This document shows, piece by piece, positions 47,203-56,902 of a stretch of 64,000 bases of DNA (position 1 is its first letter; every line of letters starts with the position of its first letter). This DNA comes from a virus (Duplodnaviria; Heunggongvirae; Uroviricota; Caudoviricetes): IMG/VR virus record IMGVR_UViG_3300042473_000506. One strand, 5' to 3'. The position numbers and the translations under genes were made by a program. The notes under the pieces were generated by a model, which did not search any database, was not told where the DNA came from, and saw only the letters and a list, made by a program, of their open reading frames with translations.

Positions 47203-48358
47203 TAAGTTACTGGGCTATTATACATGTGACGGTTTAGAATTTGAATCAAAAATTCAAGCATGTTTTCATTCTCTTAAAGTCAACAAGCCAGTTGACTGGG
47301 TCTTTAATGATTTAGAATTTAGCATACACGACTGGACTAAAGAACCAGAAGAAACATTAGACCAATTATATGATAAACGAGTGAGAGATCTGCGAGCAAA
47401 ATACGATTATCTTATTTTAAGTTACAGCGGCGGCGCTGATAGCCATCAAATTTTAATGAGTTTTATTAGACAAGGTATACACTTAGATGAGCTGCTAATC
47501 AACACAATGGAAAAAGGTTGGAAACCTTATACTAGTTTAGATCCTAGAAATGTTTCTAGTTTGAATTCAGGGGCCGAGCATTACCTACAAACTATTCCAA
47601 GACTAAAAGAAGTAGAGCAGTTTATTCCAAAAACAAAGATTACAATCTGTGATCTAACTGATCAAGTTAACGATTCATTATTGTCAGTAGGTGATGCAAG
47701 CTGGGTATTGCAAAAAAGAGAAGCATTGAATCCTATAGGAATTACTCGATTTAACTATGTATACTTTGATGAAGTTCGTAGACTGTTTGATAAAGAGAAG
47801 AAGATAGGTATTATACTTGGAGTAGAAAAACCTAAAAGCATTATCCATGAAGGTCAATTTTGGATGAGATTCAATGATCGATCAGCTAACATGGTTACAA
47901 TTGTCGATCACATAAAAGATTACGACAACAGTGTTATTGAATATTTTTACTGGAGCCCTGAGTGTGTGCCATTATTAATCAAACAAGGACATGTGATAAA
48001 AAGATGGCTAGAATTAAATCCTAATTATCAGCAATACTGGAACACTAAAACTTCTAGTTATGCTTCTGTAAGATTTTGGCATGAGAGATTATTAAGAAAA
48101 GTTATGTATCCGACAACTTGGAATAATTCTTGGTTTCAAGTGCATAAAGCAACAAAAGATTGGTATAGCGAATTTGACAATTGGTTCATCGAAGGAAGCG
48201 TTAAAACAAAAGCCAATGTCATATGGCATGAGGGCATTGATTATGTTAGGAATTCTTTAACTCCATTTTTGAGATACGATTTAGAAACAAATCAACCAGA
48301 CGGATTACAATCCTTTGTTAAACAATATTTAATTGGTAGAGTTGAAACACGGTCTTAA
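47192..48358 (+). CDS. PP-loop ATP pyrophosphatase (adenine-nucleotide alpha-hydrolase superfamily)
   Basis: 'LILSYSGGADSHQILMSF' SGGxDS motif. Confidence 0.55.
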   Translation: MLINKLLGYYTCDGLEFESKIQACFHSLKVNKPVDWVFNDLEFSIHDWTKEPEETLDQLYDKRVRDLRAKYDYLILSYSGGADSHQILMSFIRQGIHLDELLINTMEKGWKPYTSLDPRNVSSLNSGAEHYLQTIPRLKEVEQFIPKTKITICDLTDQVNDSLLSVGDASWVLQKREALNPIGITRFNYVYFDEVRRLFDKEKKIGIILGVEKPKSIIHEGQFWMRFNDRSANMVTIVDHIKDYDNSVIEYFYWSPECVPLLIKQGHVIKRWLELNPNYQQYWNTKTSSYASVRFWHERLLRKVMYPTTWNNSWFQVHKATKDWYSEFDNWFIEGSVKTKANVIWHEGIDYVRNSLTPFLRYDLETNQPDGLQSFVKQYLIGRVETRS

Positions 48359-49263
48359 TCTTTTGTTTTGATCTTATTTTCTAAAATAAATTTTCTAATA
48401 TTGTCATTATAATTCAACGATTCTTTAATCTTAGATTTATCAGTATCTGATTTGAAAAATAATCCTATATCAGTAAGCCCTTGCTTATATTCTGCTGATT
48501 GAAATATTGTTTTTAGATCAGCTGTAATTTTACCTTTAGTATATTCATCCATAGTCTTAGGAACAATTACTGAAAGATAGCTTTGGAATGGGAACACTTC
48601 TTTATAAAAACTTTCCCATGTTGATGTTTTTAATCCAACAGCATGACTAGTTAATAATAATTTTAAATTTTCGTGATTGGTGTAGGCTTTAACTGTCGGG
48701 TAGTTGCCAAACATACAATCAACATGCCCGCCAACTAAATCTAATACAGACTTATTTCCCCCTTGAGCATAGGGAACGACGATATGATTGTTTTTAGTTT
48801 TTGATAGTAATACTTCAGTGGCGATATGTTCGGAAGACCCATAACCTCCAACAGCAAAGGACAATGATTTTTTAGTATTGATAAAGTCTTGATAGGATGT
48901 TATTCCTGTTTTAGCATTACAGAGTAATGCAGAGGGCATAATTCCTATAGTGGCCAGCACTTCTAAATCAATTTTGTGATCGTAATTTAAGTCGTTAAAA
49001 TTGATAGGGTTGGTAACAAAAACTTGAACTACAGTAGCCAGTAGCATAGTTTTTTCATTCATTAAATGACCCATAGCAATTTTGCCAGATGCTCCTGGCC
49101 GATTGACTACTACATATTTTTTATCTAAGTTTTTAGCGATATACCGTGTTGTGATATCGCTCACACCACCGGGAGCGTGCATAACTGTAAACTCTAATGA
49201 TTGAGCTACTGCAACTTTTGAAAAAAATAAAATTAATAAAAGAAAAAATTTGTTGATTAGCAT
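48355..49263 (-). CDS. secreted TctC/Bug-family-like solute-binding protein
   Basis: Signal peptide 'MLINKFFLLLILFFSKVAVAQS'; 'HAPGGVSDITTRYIA...VVNRPGASGKIAMGHL' resembles the TctC 'PAGGGTD...V.N.PGAGG' signature. Confidence 0.45.
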   Translation of the reverse strand: MLINKFFLLLILFFSKVAVAQSLEFTVMHAPGGVSDITTRYIAKNLDKKYVVVNRPGASGKIAMGHLMNEKTMLLATVVQVFVTNPINFNDLNYDHKIDLEVLATIGIMPSALLCNAKTGITSYQDFINTKKSLSFAVGGYGSSEHIATEVLLSKTKNNHIVVPYAQGGNKSVLDLVGGHVDCMFGNYPTVKAYTNHENLKLLLTSHAVGLKTSTWESFYKEVFPFQSYLSVIVPKTMDEYTKGKITADLKTIFQSAEYKQGLTDIGLFFKSDTDKSKIKESLNYNDNIRKFILENKIKTKD

Positions 49264-49281
49264 GATATATAAATATTCTTT

Positions 49282-49848
49282 ATGTACTTCTCATACTTAT
49301 CTCTTCCAAGATTACCTAAAGAATTTTTTGCTCAATGTTTGGAAAATGTAAAATACATTGGTGTAGATCCTAGACTAGAAAATGTTAATAGTTATCGAGG
49401 GCCAATGAATCGAGCTACGTATCTGCCCGAAGAATGTAATACATGGATTATTAGAAATATTGTATTTCCGTTATATGGAAGTATTCCTTCAACTCTAAAA
49501 TTAAATTTATTAAATGTAACTACATACCAAAAGTTAAAACCTCAAGAAGAGACATGGGGTACACACCCTAAACATATCGACAAAGGCAGAAACTGGGCAT
49601 TAAATTATTATTTTACCACTGGTGGAAGTAATACTACCGTTAGGTGGTACGAAGATAATGTTGTGGCAGCAGAAACACCACCTATAGAAATTAATAGATG
49701 GTGTTTATTAAAAGTTAATCAACTACACGATGTTAGAGGAATTGAAGAAGGTCAAATTCGATATTTTTTAACATTGAATATTTCTTCTGAAAATATAGAT
49801 AATTTTAAATCAGTAATTGATCAAAATACAGTGATTGAAAAAAAATGA
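49282..49848 (+). CDS. 2OG/Fe(II)-oxygenase-like protein, paralogue 8 (divergent)
   Basis: 'HPKHIDKGRNWALNYYF' ... 'NQLHDVRG' ... 'RYFLTLN'. Confidence 0.4.
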   Translation: MYFSYLSLPRLPKEFFAQCLENVKYIGVDPRLENVNSYRGPMNRATYLPEECNTWIIRNIVFPLYGSIPSTLKLNLLNVTTYQKLKPQEETWGTHPKHIDKGRNWALNYYFTTGGSNTTVRWYEDNVVAAETPPIEINRWCLLKVNQLHDVRGIEEGQIRYFLTLNISSENIDNFKSVIDQNTVIEKK

Positions 49849-51377
49849 CAGTAGATTGTTTGTTACTATATGGTAATCATTTATTACCTATGTCTAAATA
49901 TGCGGGAACATTTCGAATTGCTAGCGAGTTAAGAAATGCAGGCTATACTGTTCAGTGTATTGATATGACAGCGTATGAAGACAACCGTGAAGAACTCATC
50001 GATACAATAAAGATGTTTATAGGTAATAATACATTATGGGTGGGAATTAGTACAACCTTTTTGCGTCATGTATTTGGATATCCCTATTTTCGTACGATAG
50101 ATTCATTTAATGTAAAATCTACAACTATCCCAAATATTGATAAAGAAATTTTAAATTTTATTAAAACCGTTAAGGATATTAATCCAAACGTAAAATTTAT
50201 TGCCGGTGGCTCGAAAAGATTTATGATCGAGAAATACGGTTTTAAAGTTTTTACAAAAAATAATGATACTGAAATTATTGAGTTTACAGATTATTGTGCA
50301 AAAAAATCTAAAAAAATACCAGTAAGTTTTTTAGAATCACTGATTGAAGGTTCAGAATTTCAACAGTTTACAACAAGCCAAAATATCTTTACTAAGAACG
50401 ATATTGTCGAATCGTCAGATACCCTTCCTATTGAAGTTAGTAGAGGTTGTATTTTTAAATGTAAATTTTGTTCATTTCCACTTAATGGTAAAAAGAAAGG
50501 CGAATGGGTTAAACGTTCTAATGTATTGTATGAAGAGTTTATAAAGAATTATGAGTTGCATGGAGTAACAGAATACAGTTTTTCCGATGACACATACAAT
50601 GATAGTGAAGAAAAAGTTAAAAGATTGTATGACGAAGTGTATAGTAGGCTACCATTTAAATTAAACTTTACTACATATTTGAGACTTGATTTAATGATAA
50701 AATTTCCCGACACAGTGAAATACTTACAAGAGTCAGGTTTAAAATCAGCAGTCTTTGGTATAGAAACAATAAATCATAATTCAGGTAAGGCTATTGGCAA
50801 AGGTTTAAATCCCATTGAACAATTTCAGTTTATTGAAGAAATTAAAAAAAATGAATTTAAAGAGATACTAACTCGTTCTGGATTTATATTAGGGTTGCCA
50901 AAAGACAGACACGACGAGATTAATATCCTAGAAGAATTCTTATTTTCAGAAAAGAATAAATTAGATGACTTTAGTGTAGAACCTTTGATTATATTTCCTC
51001 CAAAATTTGATCAAACAAAATTTAAAGATTTTTCTGAATTTGATATAGAATATGAAAAATATGGATATAAGATTTATGAAAACATCGAAACATCTTCTAT
51101 TACTGAAATTAGATGGACCAACGATTATATCGGAATGACTTTTGATCAAGTAGCTAAAGCTGCAAAAAAAATAAATGTAAGAAAATATTTCGATGGTAGA
51201 TTCAAGTGCGGTGGATTTGGTTACAATTGGCATAGGTCTCTCGGAATTCCAGCAGATGATCTAGTGGCACTGAGTCGGAATGAAATATATACAAAGTATA
51301 ACGTCAAACAACTGCTAAAAACAAAAAAAGATAATTATCGATCATTAATACTTAATGTAATGAAAAATAATGAATAA
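49845..51377 (+). CDS. B12-binding-domain radical SAM enzyme (class-B rSAM-like)
   Basis: N-terminal Rossmann-like B12-binding region then 'SRGCIFKCKFCSF' CxxxCxxC cluster; 'TYLRLDL', 'ESGL..A.FGIE'; paralogue of 62063..63565. Confidence 0.65.
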   Translation: MTVDCLLLYGNHLLPMSKYAGTFRIASELRNAGYTVQCIDMTAYEDNREELIDTIKMFIGNNTLWVGISTTFLRHVFGYPYFRTIDSFNVKSTTIPNIDKEILNFIKTVKDINPNVKFIAGGSKRFMIEKYGFKVFTKNNDTEIIEFTDYCAKKSKKIPVSFLESLIEGSEFQQFTTSQNIFTKNDIVESSDTLPIEVSRGCIFKCKFCSFPLNGKKKGEWVKRSNVLYEEFIKNYELHGVTEYSFSDDTYNDSEEKVKRLYDEVYSRLPFKLNFTTYLRLDLMIKFPDTVKYLQESGLKSAVFGIETINHNSGKAIGKGLNPIEQFQFIEEIKKNEFKEILTRSGFILGLPKDRHDEINILEEFLFSEKNKLDDFSVEPLIIFPPKFDQTKFKDFSEFDIEYEKYGYKIYENIETSSITEIRWTNDYIGMTFDQVAKAAKKINVRKYFDGRFKCGGFGYNWHRSLGIPADDLVALSRNEIYTKYNVKQLLKTKKDNYRSLILNVMKNNE

Positions 51378-51426
51378 TTATCTAGGTAGAGTTAAATTAA
51401 CATTTTTACAAAATTAGAACTAACAA

Positions 51427-52347
51427 ATGGAAAGACATAATCAATGGATGAGCTACAGTTTTGATGCTATAGAATATGGCAAAAAAACTGATTCAAATTC
51501 TATTTTTAAAATTCATTTTAATAAAAAAATAGATAAAAATCTCCCTTCTTATAGAGATGCATTATTTAATAATGCCCGTATTATGCGAGACTCGTATAAT
51601 GAACCATTTGATGTAATGTTGTCAGGCGGAGTTGATAGCGAAATGGTTGTGCGAACATTTCATGCTGTGGGAATTAAACACAATACATTTATTTTTAGAT
51701 TAGAAAATGATTATAACATTCGAGATGTTAATTATGCCATAGCTGTTTGTAAAGAACTAAACATTAATTATAAAATAATAGATTTTAATTTACAAAAATT
51801 CTTCGAAAATGATGCACTTGATTTATTTCAAAAGACACTAATTCCAAGATCAGGAAGAATAGTGAGACTTGCGTGGTTTAACTATCTTGATAATATTCCA
51901 GTTTTTTGTGACGGTGAACCCTACTGGCGCAGGGATGCAAATAAAGATTTTAGTAAAAAATCTACGTGGAGATTAATTTTAAACGAAGACGGATACTCGT
52001 GTTCTACCTATGCTAAATCAATTGGTAGAGTAGCGATTGGGGATTGGTATGAATATACCCCCGAATTGTTATTGTCATACAACGAATTGCCGTTAGTTAA
52101 AAAATTACTCAACGACGAAATCTCAGGGAAGATTAGTTCCTGGAGTAGCAGGTCTGCTATTCACAGAGATATCTGGCCTACTGTACAGGATAAAATAAAA
52201 TTAGCAGGATACGAAGGTGCAGACGGCAATCCTGTATTGAGTCGTCCGGATTTTATGAATCACTTTCAGGTAACGTATATGAATCAAGTGTCCAATACTC
52301 ATTACGAATATACTGAAGAAGAACTAAGAAATTTAATCCTTAATTAG
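51427..52347 (+). CDS. asparagine-synthetase-like PP-loop amidotransferase domain protein
   Basis: 'FDVMLSGGVDSEMVVRTF' followed by 'FCDGEPYW' (compare AsnB 'SGEGSDEVFGGY'); paralogue of 55967..56896. Confidence 0.5.
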   Translation: MERHNQWMSYSFDAIEYGKKTDSNSIFKIHFNKKIDKNLPSYRDALFNNARIMRDSYNEPFDVMLSGGVDSEMVVRTFHAVGIKHNTFIFRLENDYNIRDVNYAIAVCKELNINYKIIDFNLQKFFENDALDLFQKTLIPRSGRIVRLAWFNYLDNIPVFCDGEPYWRRDANKDFSKKSTWRLILNEDGYSCSTYAKSIGRVAIGDWYEYTPELLLSYNELPLVKKLLNDEISGKISSWSSRSAIHRDIWPTVQDKIKLAGYEGADGNPVLSRPDFMNHFQVTYMNQVSNTHYEYTEEELRNLILN

Positions 52348-53172
52348 ATTTTCTCGGACCCAACGTCCCCAATGTATACAATGATACTCGTATTTTGATA
52401 GTGATTCGGTAACAGGAAAGAATTTTGTTTTTATCTTTTCGATCGCAGCAACATCTTCCCTAAACACAGTTTCTAATGTTTCAAATTCGATACGATCATT
52501 ATGTGGAACATCAGGGGCATAATAGAATTGTGTAATCCATTCGAATTTCCATTCTATATTTTTATCTGCAGGAACAATAGTGTTTACTGACAGGCATCCT
52601 TTCTTATGCTCGACAAAGGTGTAGGGGTATATATAGAGTGACCACCAACCTGGAGAATGTTCTTGGAATATCCATCCATCTCCTTGATCCATAACAACAT
52701 TATCTAAATCAATTTGTTCAGAGAGTCTCGGATGAATTCCATCCTTTTGTACATGTAAATAATCTGCTTCAGCATCCATGAGCCATAACCAGCTTCCCTC
52801 GCTTTTACCTTGAAGAGAATGACTATATTCTAGCGTTGTTTCTTTTTCCAGATCATCGACCCATTGATGGTCTGGTTCGATAAAATCTTTAAATACTAAC
52901 CCTGATCGACCAACAGTTGCAGTCCCACAATTTAATTTTTTAGAATTATTAATTGGTGTGCCATTTGCATCCCATTGAAATCCGTGGAACTTACATGTAA
53001 TGCTGTTGATATGTGTTCCTGGATCAGCTAGTGGATACATTCTGTGGGGACAAAATCTGTGAAATAAATTTACTATATTACCTTGTTTATTTAGAATATA
53101 TTCAGAAACTGCAAAGTTCTTGTCCTGCAATGCACTGAGATGAGCAAAAATTTTAGGAGATTTAATAAACAT
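52333..53172 (-). CDS. Rieske [2Fe-2S] non-heme-iron oxygenase
   Basis: 'CPHRMYPLADPGTHINSITCKFHGFQW' = CxH-x16-CxxH Rieske motif. Confidence 0.6.
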   Translation of the reverse strand: MFIKSPKIFAHLSALQDKNFAVSEYILNKQGNIVNLFHRFCPHRMYPLADPGTHINSITCKFHGFQWDANGTPINNSKKLNCGTATVGRSGLVFKDFIEPDHQWVDDLEKETTLEYSHSLQGKSEGSWLWLMDAEADYLHVQKDGIHPRLSEQIDLDNVVMDQGDGWIFQEHSPGWWSLYIYPYTFVEHKKGCLSVNTIVPADKNIEWKFEWITQFYYAPDVPHNDRIEFETLETVFREDVAAIEKIKTKFFPVTESLSKYEYHCIHWGRWVRENLIKD

Positions 53173-53204
53173 TGTAAGAGTAATGTGCGTATATAAATAG
53201 TTGT

Positions 53205-53792
53205 ATGTATGCTATTTACTTAAACGACATAGAAAGATTTATTGCGATTGAAAAAGATCTTTGGATTGCACATGCATCGGCAAAATTGCTATCTTCAAAA
53301 TTATCTATCTCTATATGTGATATCGGAAATGCATTGTCTGTAACTAACTATAACTGTTTTCAATGGACATTGTCAAGTGTAGACTTGCCCGCCTCTACAC
53401 AATATCCAAAATTAGTTGTACCAAAAGATTCTAAATTAGAATTTGTCGGTGATCCTATTAATACAGATATGGAAATGTTAAAATTGCATCAGCAATTTTG
53501 TTTGTTAGTATTAAAGGTTGTTTTTGCGGCAAAAATGACCGACATTGAATTAAATTCAGGAGATCGAAAATATTTTCAATCTTTACTTAAAAACGACACT
53601 TTACTATCTGCGTCGGACGAGTCCGGAATTCCTGGAGGGTTTTTACATACAATAGAAAGAATTCTTTATTTGAGTTCAAATGTAACGCACGTTATGTCTC
53701 ATATTGAATTAATGTTTAATAATTCAGAGAGTATATTTCCTAGAAATCTTGCACAATATAAATTACTATTTTACAAATACTTAAATGCATAA
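53205..53792 (+). CDS. hypothetical protein
   Basis: ORF. Confidence 0.3.
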   Translation: MYAIYLNDIERFIAIEKDLWIAHASAKLLSSKLSISICDIGNALSVTNYNCFQWTLSSVDLPASTQYPKLVVPKDSKLEFVGDPINTDMEMLKLHQQFCLLVLKVVFAAKMTDIELNSGDRKYFQSLLKNDTLLSASDESGIPGGFLHTIERILYLSSNVTHVMSHIELMFNNSESIFPRNLAQYKLLFYKYLNA

Positions 53793-55077
53793 ATTTTATT
53801 ACAAAACCTTTGATCCAAACCTTAGAAGTTTTTCTAAATTGCTCAGTAACAATGTAACTGATTTACCACCAGGCGGCAGATTCTATTTTAATCTTGCAAG
53901 ATCAATGCGTATGAGCGGTGAGAATTACCTATTTAGAGATGGGGAGTGGAGTGATCCTTTTAAAACTGTGGTCCACCCTACCTTTGCTATGCCATCATAT
54001 ACGTCAAATTTTAATTTAAATTTTTCAGAAGTATCGGACTTAAGGTCTCTCGATATTAAAAAAATCATCAACGATACTGATCGGTCGATAGTAATTCAAT
54101 GGTCTGGAGGAATTGACAGTACTGTAGCACTTGTATCTTTATTAAAAAATCTGTCACATTCTGAATTGTCAAATGTAATTATTGCAATGAGTAGCGACAG
54201 CCTTTTAGAAAATCCTAATTTTTATAATAAGTTTATTAAAGATAAATTCAAAATTATTGATTCTGAAAATATGTTGTTTAACGATTATAAAGAAAAATAC
54301 AATGCATATTGCATCATGGGAGACACAGGCGATTGTCTATTTGGTTCAGAATTAGGAAATAAATTATACCCTAAGATGAAATTTATACAAGATAACACTG
54401 GTCATCTTTATAACAAAATTAGTTCACCTGATGTACATTATTCAATCTATAGGGATATCATTGTACAGTATTTTAATGATAATCTTCAAACTTCAATACT
54501 TTCTTTAAAACAACAAGGTGTAGTTAACAGTAGTATTAGCGAATTTATTTCAGGGGACGAAACGTTTGGAGAACTATTCTACGAAAAAATTGTTAAGAAT
54601 ATAGAAACATGCAGTGTTCCTATATACAGTCTACATGACTTTTTCTGGTGGACAATCTTTAGTGGAAGATATATATTCTGTGCCCTAAGAGGACCTAGTG
54701 TGTTTAGCATCGGCGCCAATAAAGAGGCATTAATTAATGATTGTCTTATTCAATGGTTTAATACCGACGAATATCAACTATGGTCTATGAATAATAATAA
54801 CAATGGGGAAAAGTTATCTGGGCCTATACAAGGCCTTGGAAAAACTGCTGCAAAAAAATACATTTACGATTTTGATAAAAACGAATGGTATTTTACGCAT
54901 AAGATGAAAGTCGTGTCGTCACCAAATATTCTTAGAAGAAACTGGCGTAAACATTTTGCAGATTTTGATCCTATGCTAGGTGTTGATACAAATTACAATT
55001 TGATTAAAATAGGACCAGCGACAGTTAACAATTATGTCATTAATAGACTAATGAACTACAAAATAGATTGGTGTTAA
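53785..55077 (+). CDS. PP-loop ATP pyrophosphatase
   Basis: 'VIQWSGGIDSTVALVSLL' SGGxDS motif. Confidence 0.5.
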   Translation: MHKFYYKTFDPNLRSFSKLLSNNVTDLPPGGRFYFNLARSMRMSGENYLFRDGEWSDPFKTVVHPTFAMPSYTSNFNLNFSEVSDLRSLDIKKIINDTDRSIVIQWSGGIDSTVALVSLLKNLSHSELSNVIIAMSSDSLLENPNFYNKFIKDKFKIIDSENMLFNDYKEKYNAYCIMGDTGDCLFGSELGNKLYPKMKFIQDNTGHLYNKISSPDVHYSIYRDIIVQYFNDNLQTSILSLKQQGVVNSSISEFISGDETFGELFYEKIVKNIETCSVPIYSLHDFFWWTIFSGRYIFCALRGPSVFSIGANKEALINDCLIQWFNTDEYQLWSMNNNNNGEKLSGPIQGLGKTAAKKYIYDFDKNEWYFTHKMKVVSSPNILRRNWRKHFADFDPMLGVDTNYNLIKIGPATVNNYVINRLMNYKIDWC

Positions 55078-55970
55078 TTTTGAGTTATTTCTTTCTTATA
55101 TCGTTCTCTGAAAGACTTTAATAAAGAAATACTTGAATGGTAATGCAATTTTGAATCTTGATTATAAAAGACAGGACTTATAAAGTCTCCTAATCCAAAC
55201 AACTTATTCTTGCCTAAATTCATTGTAGCTTGATGAAATATAGCGGATATATTTTCTTTAGTTTCTTTGGGCATTTCTTTTGATGCCATAGTGAAATGAA
55301 AGATATATGGAGCTGTAATTTTTTGCTCAGTTAACGTTTTAATATTTGGGAGATCTGGGTGTCGTTCTGTGCAACTCATTCCGATTATTTGTAAGTTAGG
55401 ATTCTTTGCCTTGTACTGATTAAATGCAGATACACGCTCAACAATAAAGTTAATACTATTATTGTCAGAAGCCATGTGGAGCAGTGCATCTGCATTGCTT
55501 CGATACACAATATAGCGAACAGGTATATTATATTTTTTTCCTAGTTCTAGACCTAGTAGATGAGTAGCACCACCTATAGCAGGGCCGCCTATGGTAAGTT
55601 CTTTAGGAAGCTCATTTTCTTTAAAGTTAGTAATAATTGCCCAGCAGGCACTTCCGTGACTAAACACTGGTTCTAATTTATTTAGGTCAATTAGTCCTCT
55701 ACTTTCAGCTTCGACTACACTATTGGTAATAGTCACAACACGATTTTTTGGTTGTTCTAATGCCTCTCGAACACCTATACTTTCAAAGCCACCAGCTTTA
55801 AATTCTGTAACAAATTTATATTTGTTTTGTATTTTATTTGCTTCATCTAACACAGCGAATATTTGAGGAGTCATACTTTGCGTAGGTCCTTGAGCATTTA
55901 TTACTACAATAGTTTCTTGTGCCTGTGCTAGATTTAAAAATAACAATAAACTTACAATTATAAACTTCAT
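55074..55970 (-). CDS. secreted periplasmic-binding-like protein
   Basis: Signal peptide 'MKFIIVSLLLFLNLAQAQE'; size and layout like 48355..49263. Confidence 0.4.
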   Translation of the reverse strand: MKFIIVSLLLFLNLAQAQETIVVINAQGPTQSMTPQIFAVLDEANKIQNKYKFVTEFKAGGFESIGVREALEQPKNRVVTITNSVVEAESRGLIDLNKLEPVFSHGSACWAIITNFKENELPKELTIGGPAIGGATHLLGLELGKKYNIPVRYIVYRSNADALLHMASDNNSINFIVERVSAFNQYKAKNPNLQIIGMSCTERHPDLPNIKTLTEQKITAPYIFHFTMASKEMPKETKENISAIFHQATMNLGKNKLFGLGDFISPVFYNQDSKLHYHSSISLLKSFRERYKKEITQN

Positions 55971-56896
55971 GGGATTCCTTTAAATTTTTTGTTTACTTCT
56001 TCAAGTGAATACGTAAAACTAAGATTGGTTAAGTCTGACATTTGATTTTCCATATAAAAATCTTTAAAAAATTTAGGAAGACTTTCTAAAGGTGTTCCAG
56101 TCGGACCTTCGTAACCAATTAATTTTGATTTATTTTTTATGTCTGGCCATATCTGTTGATGTAAAGATATTCTACTAGAGAGGGTGCTTTTTTTGCCTAC
56201 ATTTTTATCATCTAGCAAATCTTTTATAAGATCATTTTGATGGTAACTCATTGTAATGTAGGGAGTGTATAGGTACCATTCTCCTATAATCTCTCTATTA
56301 TGATGGTGTGATGTTAACGACATAAAAAGCTGGCGCTCAGTAAGATACAGAGACCAATTAGATTTTTTTGTATAATCACTGAGCAAGTCTCGTTTCCAAT
56401 AAGGAGATCCTTCACCAAAAACAGGTATGTTATCTAAATAATCTAACCATTTAATTTTTGATAAGGACGGACTATGCGGCACTAACGTTTTTTCAAATAT
56501 GTCTTTAGCATCGTGTTCATAAAATTTAGATAAGTTAAAATCAATAATTTTATAAGGTATATTTAATGTTTCACATATCTGTATTGAAGAATTAATATCT
56601 CGAATATTTAAATTATCTTCGTACCTAAAAATAAATGTATTATGTGTTATACCTAAATCTTTAAAAGTGCGAACTATCACTTCGCTATCTATGCCACCGG
56701 ATAATAAAACATCAAACGGCTCTGAAAAAGAATCTCGCATAATACTTGCATTTTGTATCAATGCATCATGATACGACATTGGCATAATGTCGTTAGAGAT
56801 ATTAAAATGAATGTCCAGGAAAGATCTTCTAGAAGATTTAGGAGAATTTAAAATTCCGTCAAAAGAATACGTCATCCAATCTCTAAATCTTCTCAT
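55967..56896 (-). CDS. asparagine-synthetase-like PP-loop amidotransferase domain protein (paralogue)
   Basis: 'FDVLLSGGIDSEVIVRTF', 'FGEGSPYW'; ~50% identical over long stretches to 51427..52347. Confidence 0.5.
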   Translation of the reverse strand: MRRFRDWMTYSFDGILNSPKSSRRSFLDIHFNISNDIMPMSYHDALIQNASIMRDSFSEPFDVLLSGGIDSEVIVRTFKDLGITHNTFIFRYEDNLNIRDINSSIQICETLNIPYKIIDFNLSKFYEHDAKDIFEKTLVPHSPSLSKIKWLDYLDNIPVFGEGSPYWKRDLLSDYTKKSNWSLYLTERQLFMSLTSHHHNREIIGEWYLYTPYITMSYHQNDLIKDLLDDKNVGKKSTLSSRISLHQQIWPDIKNKSKLIGYEGPTGTPLESLPKFFKDFYMENQMSDLTNLSFTYSLEEVNKKFKGIP

Positions 56897-56902
56897 AGAA
56901 AA

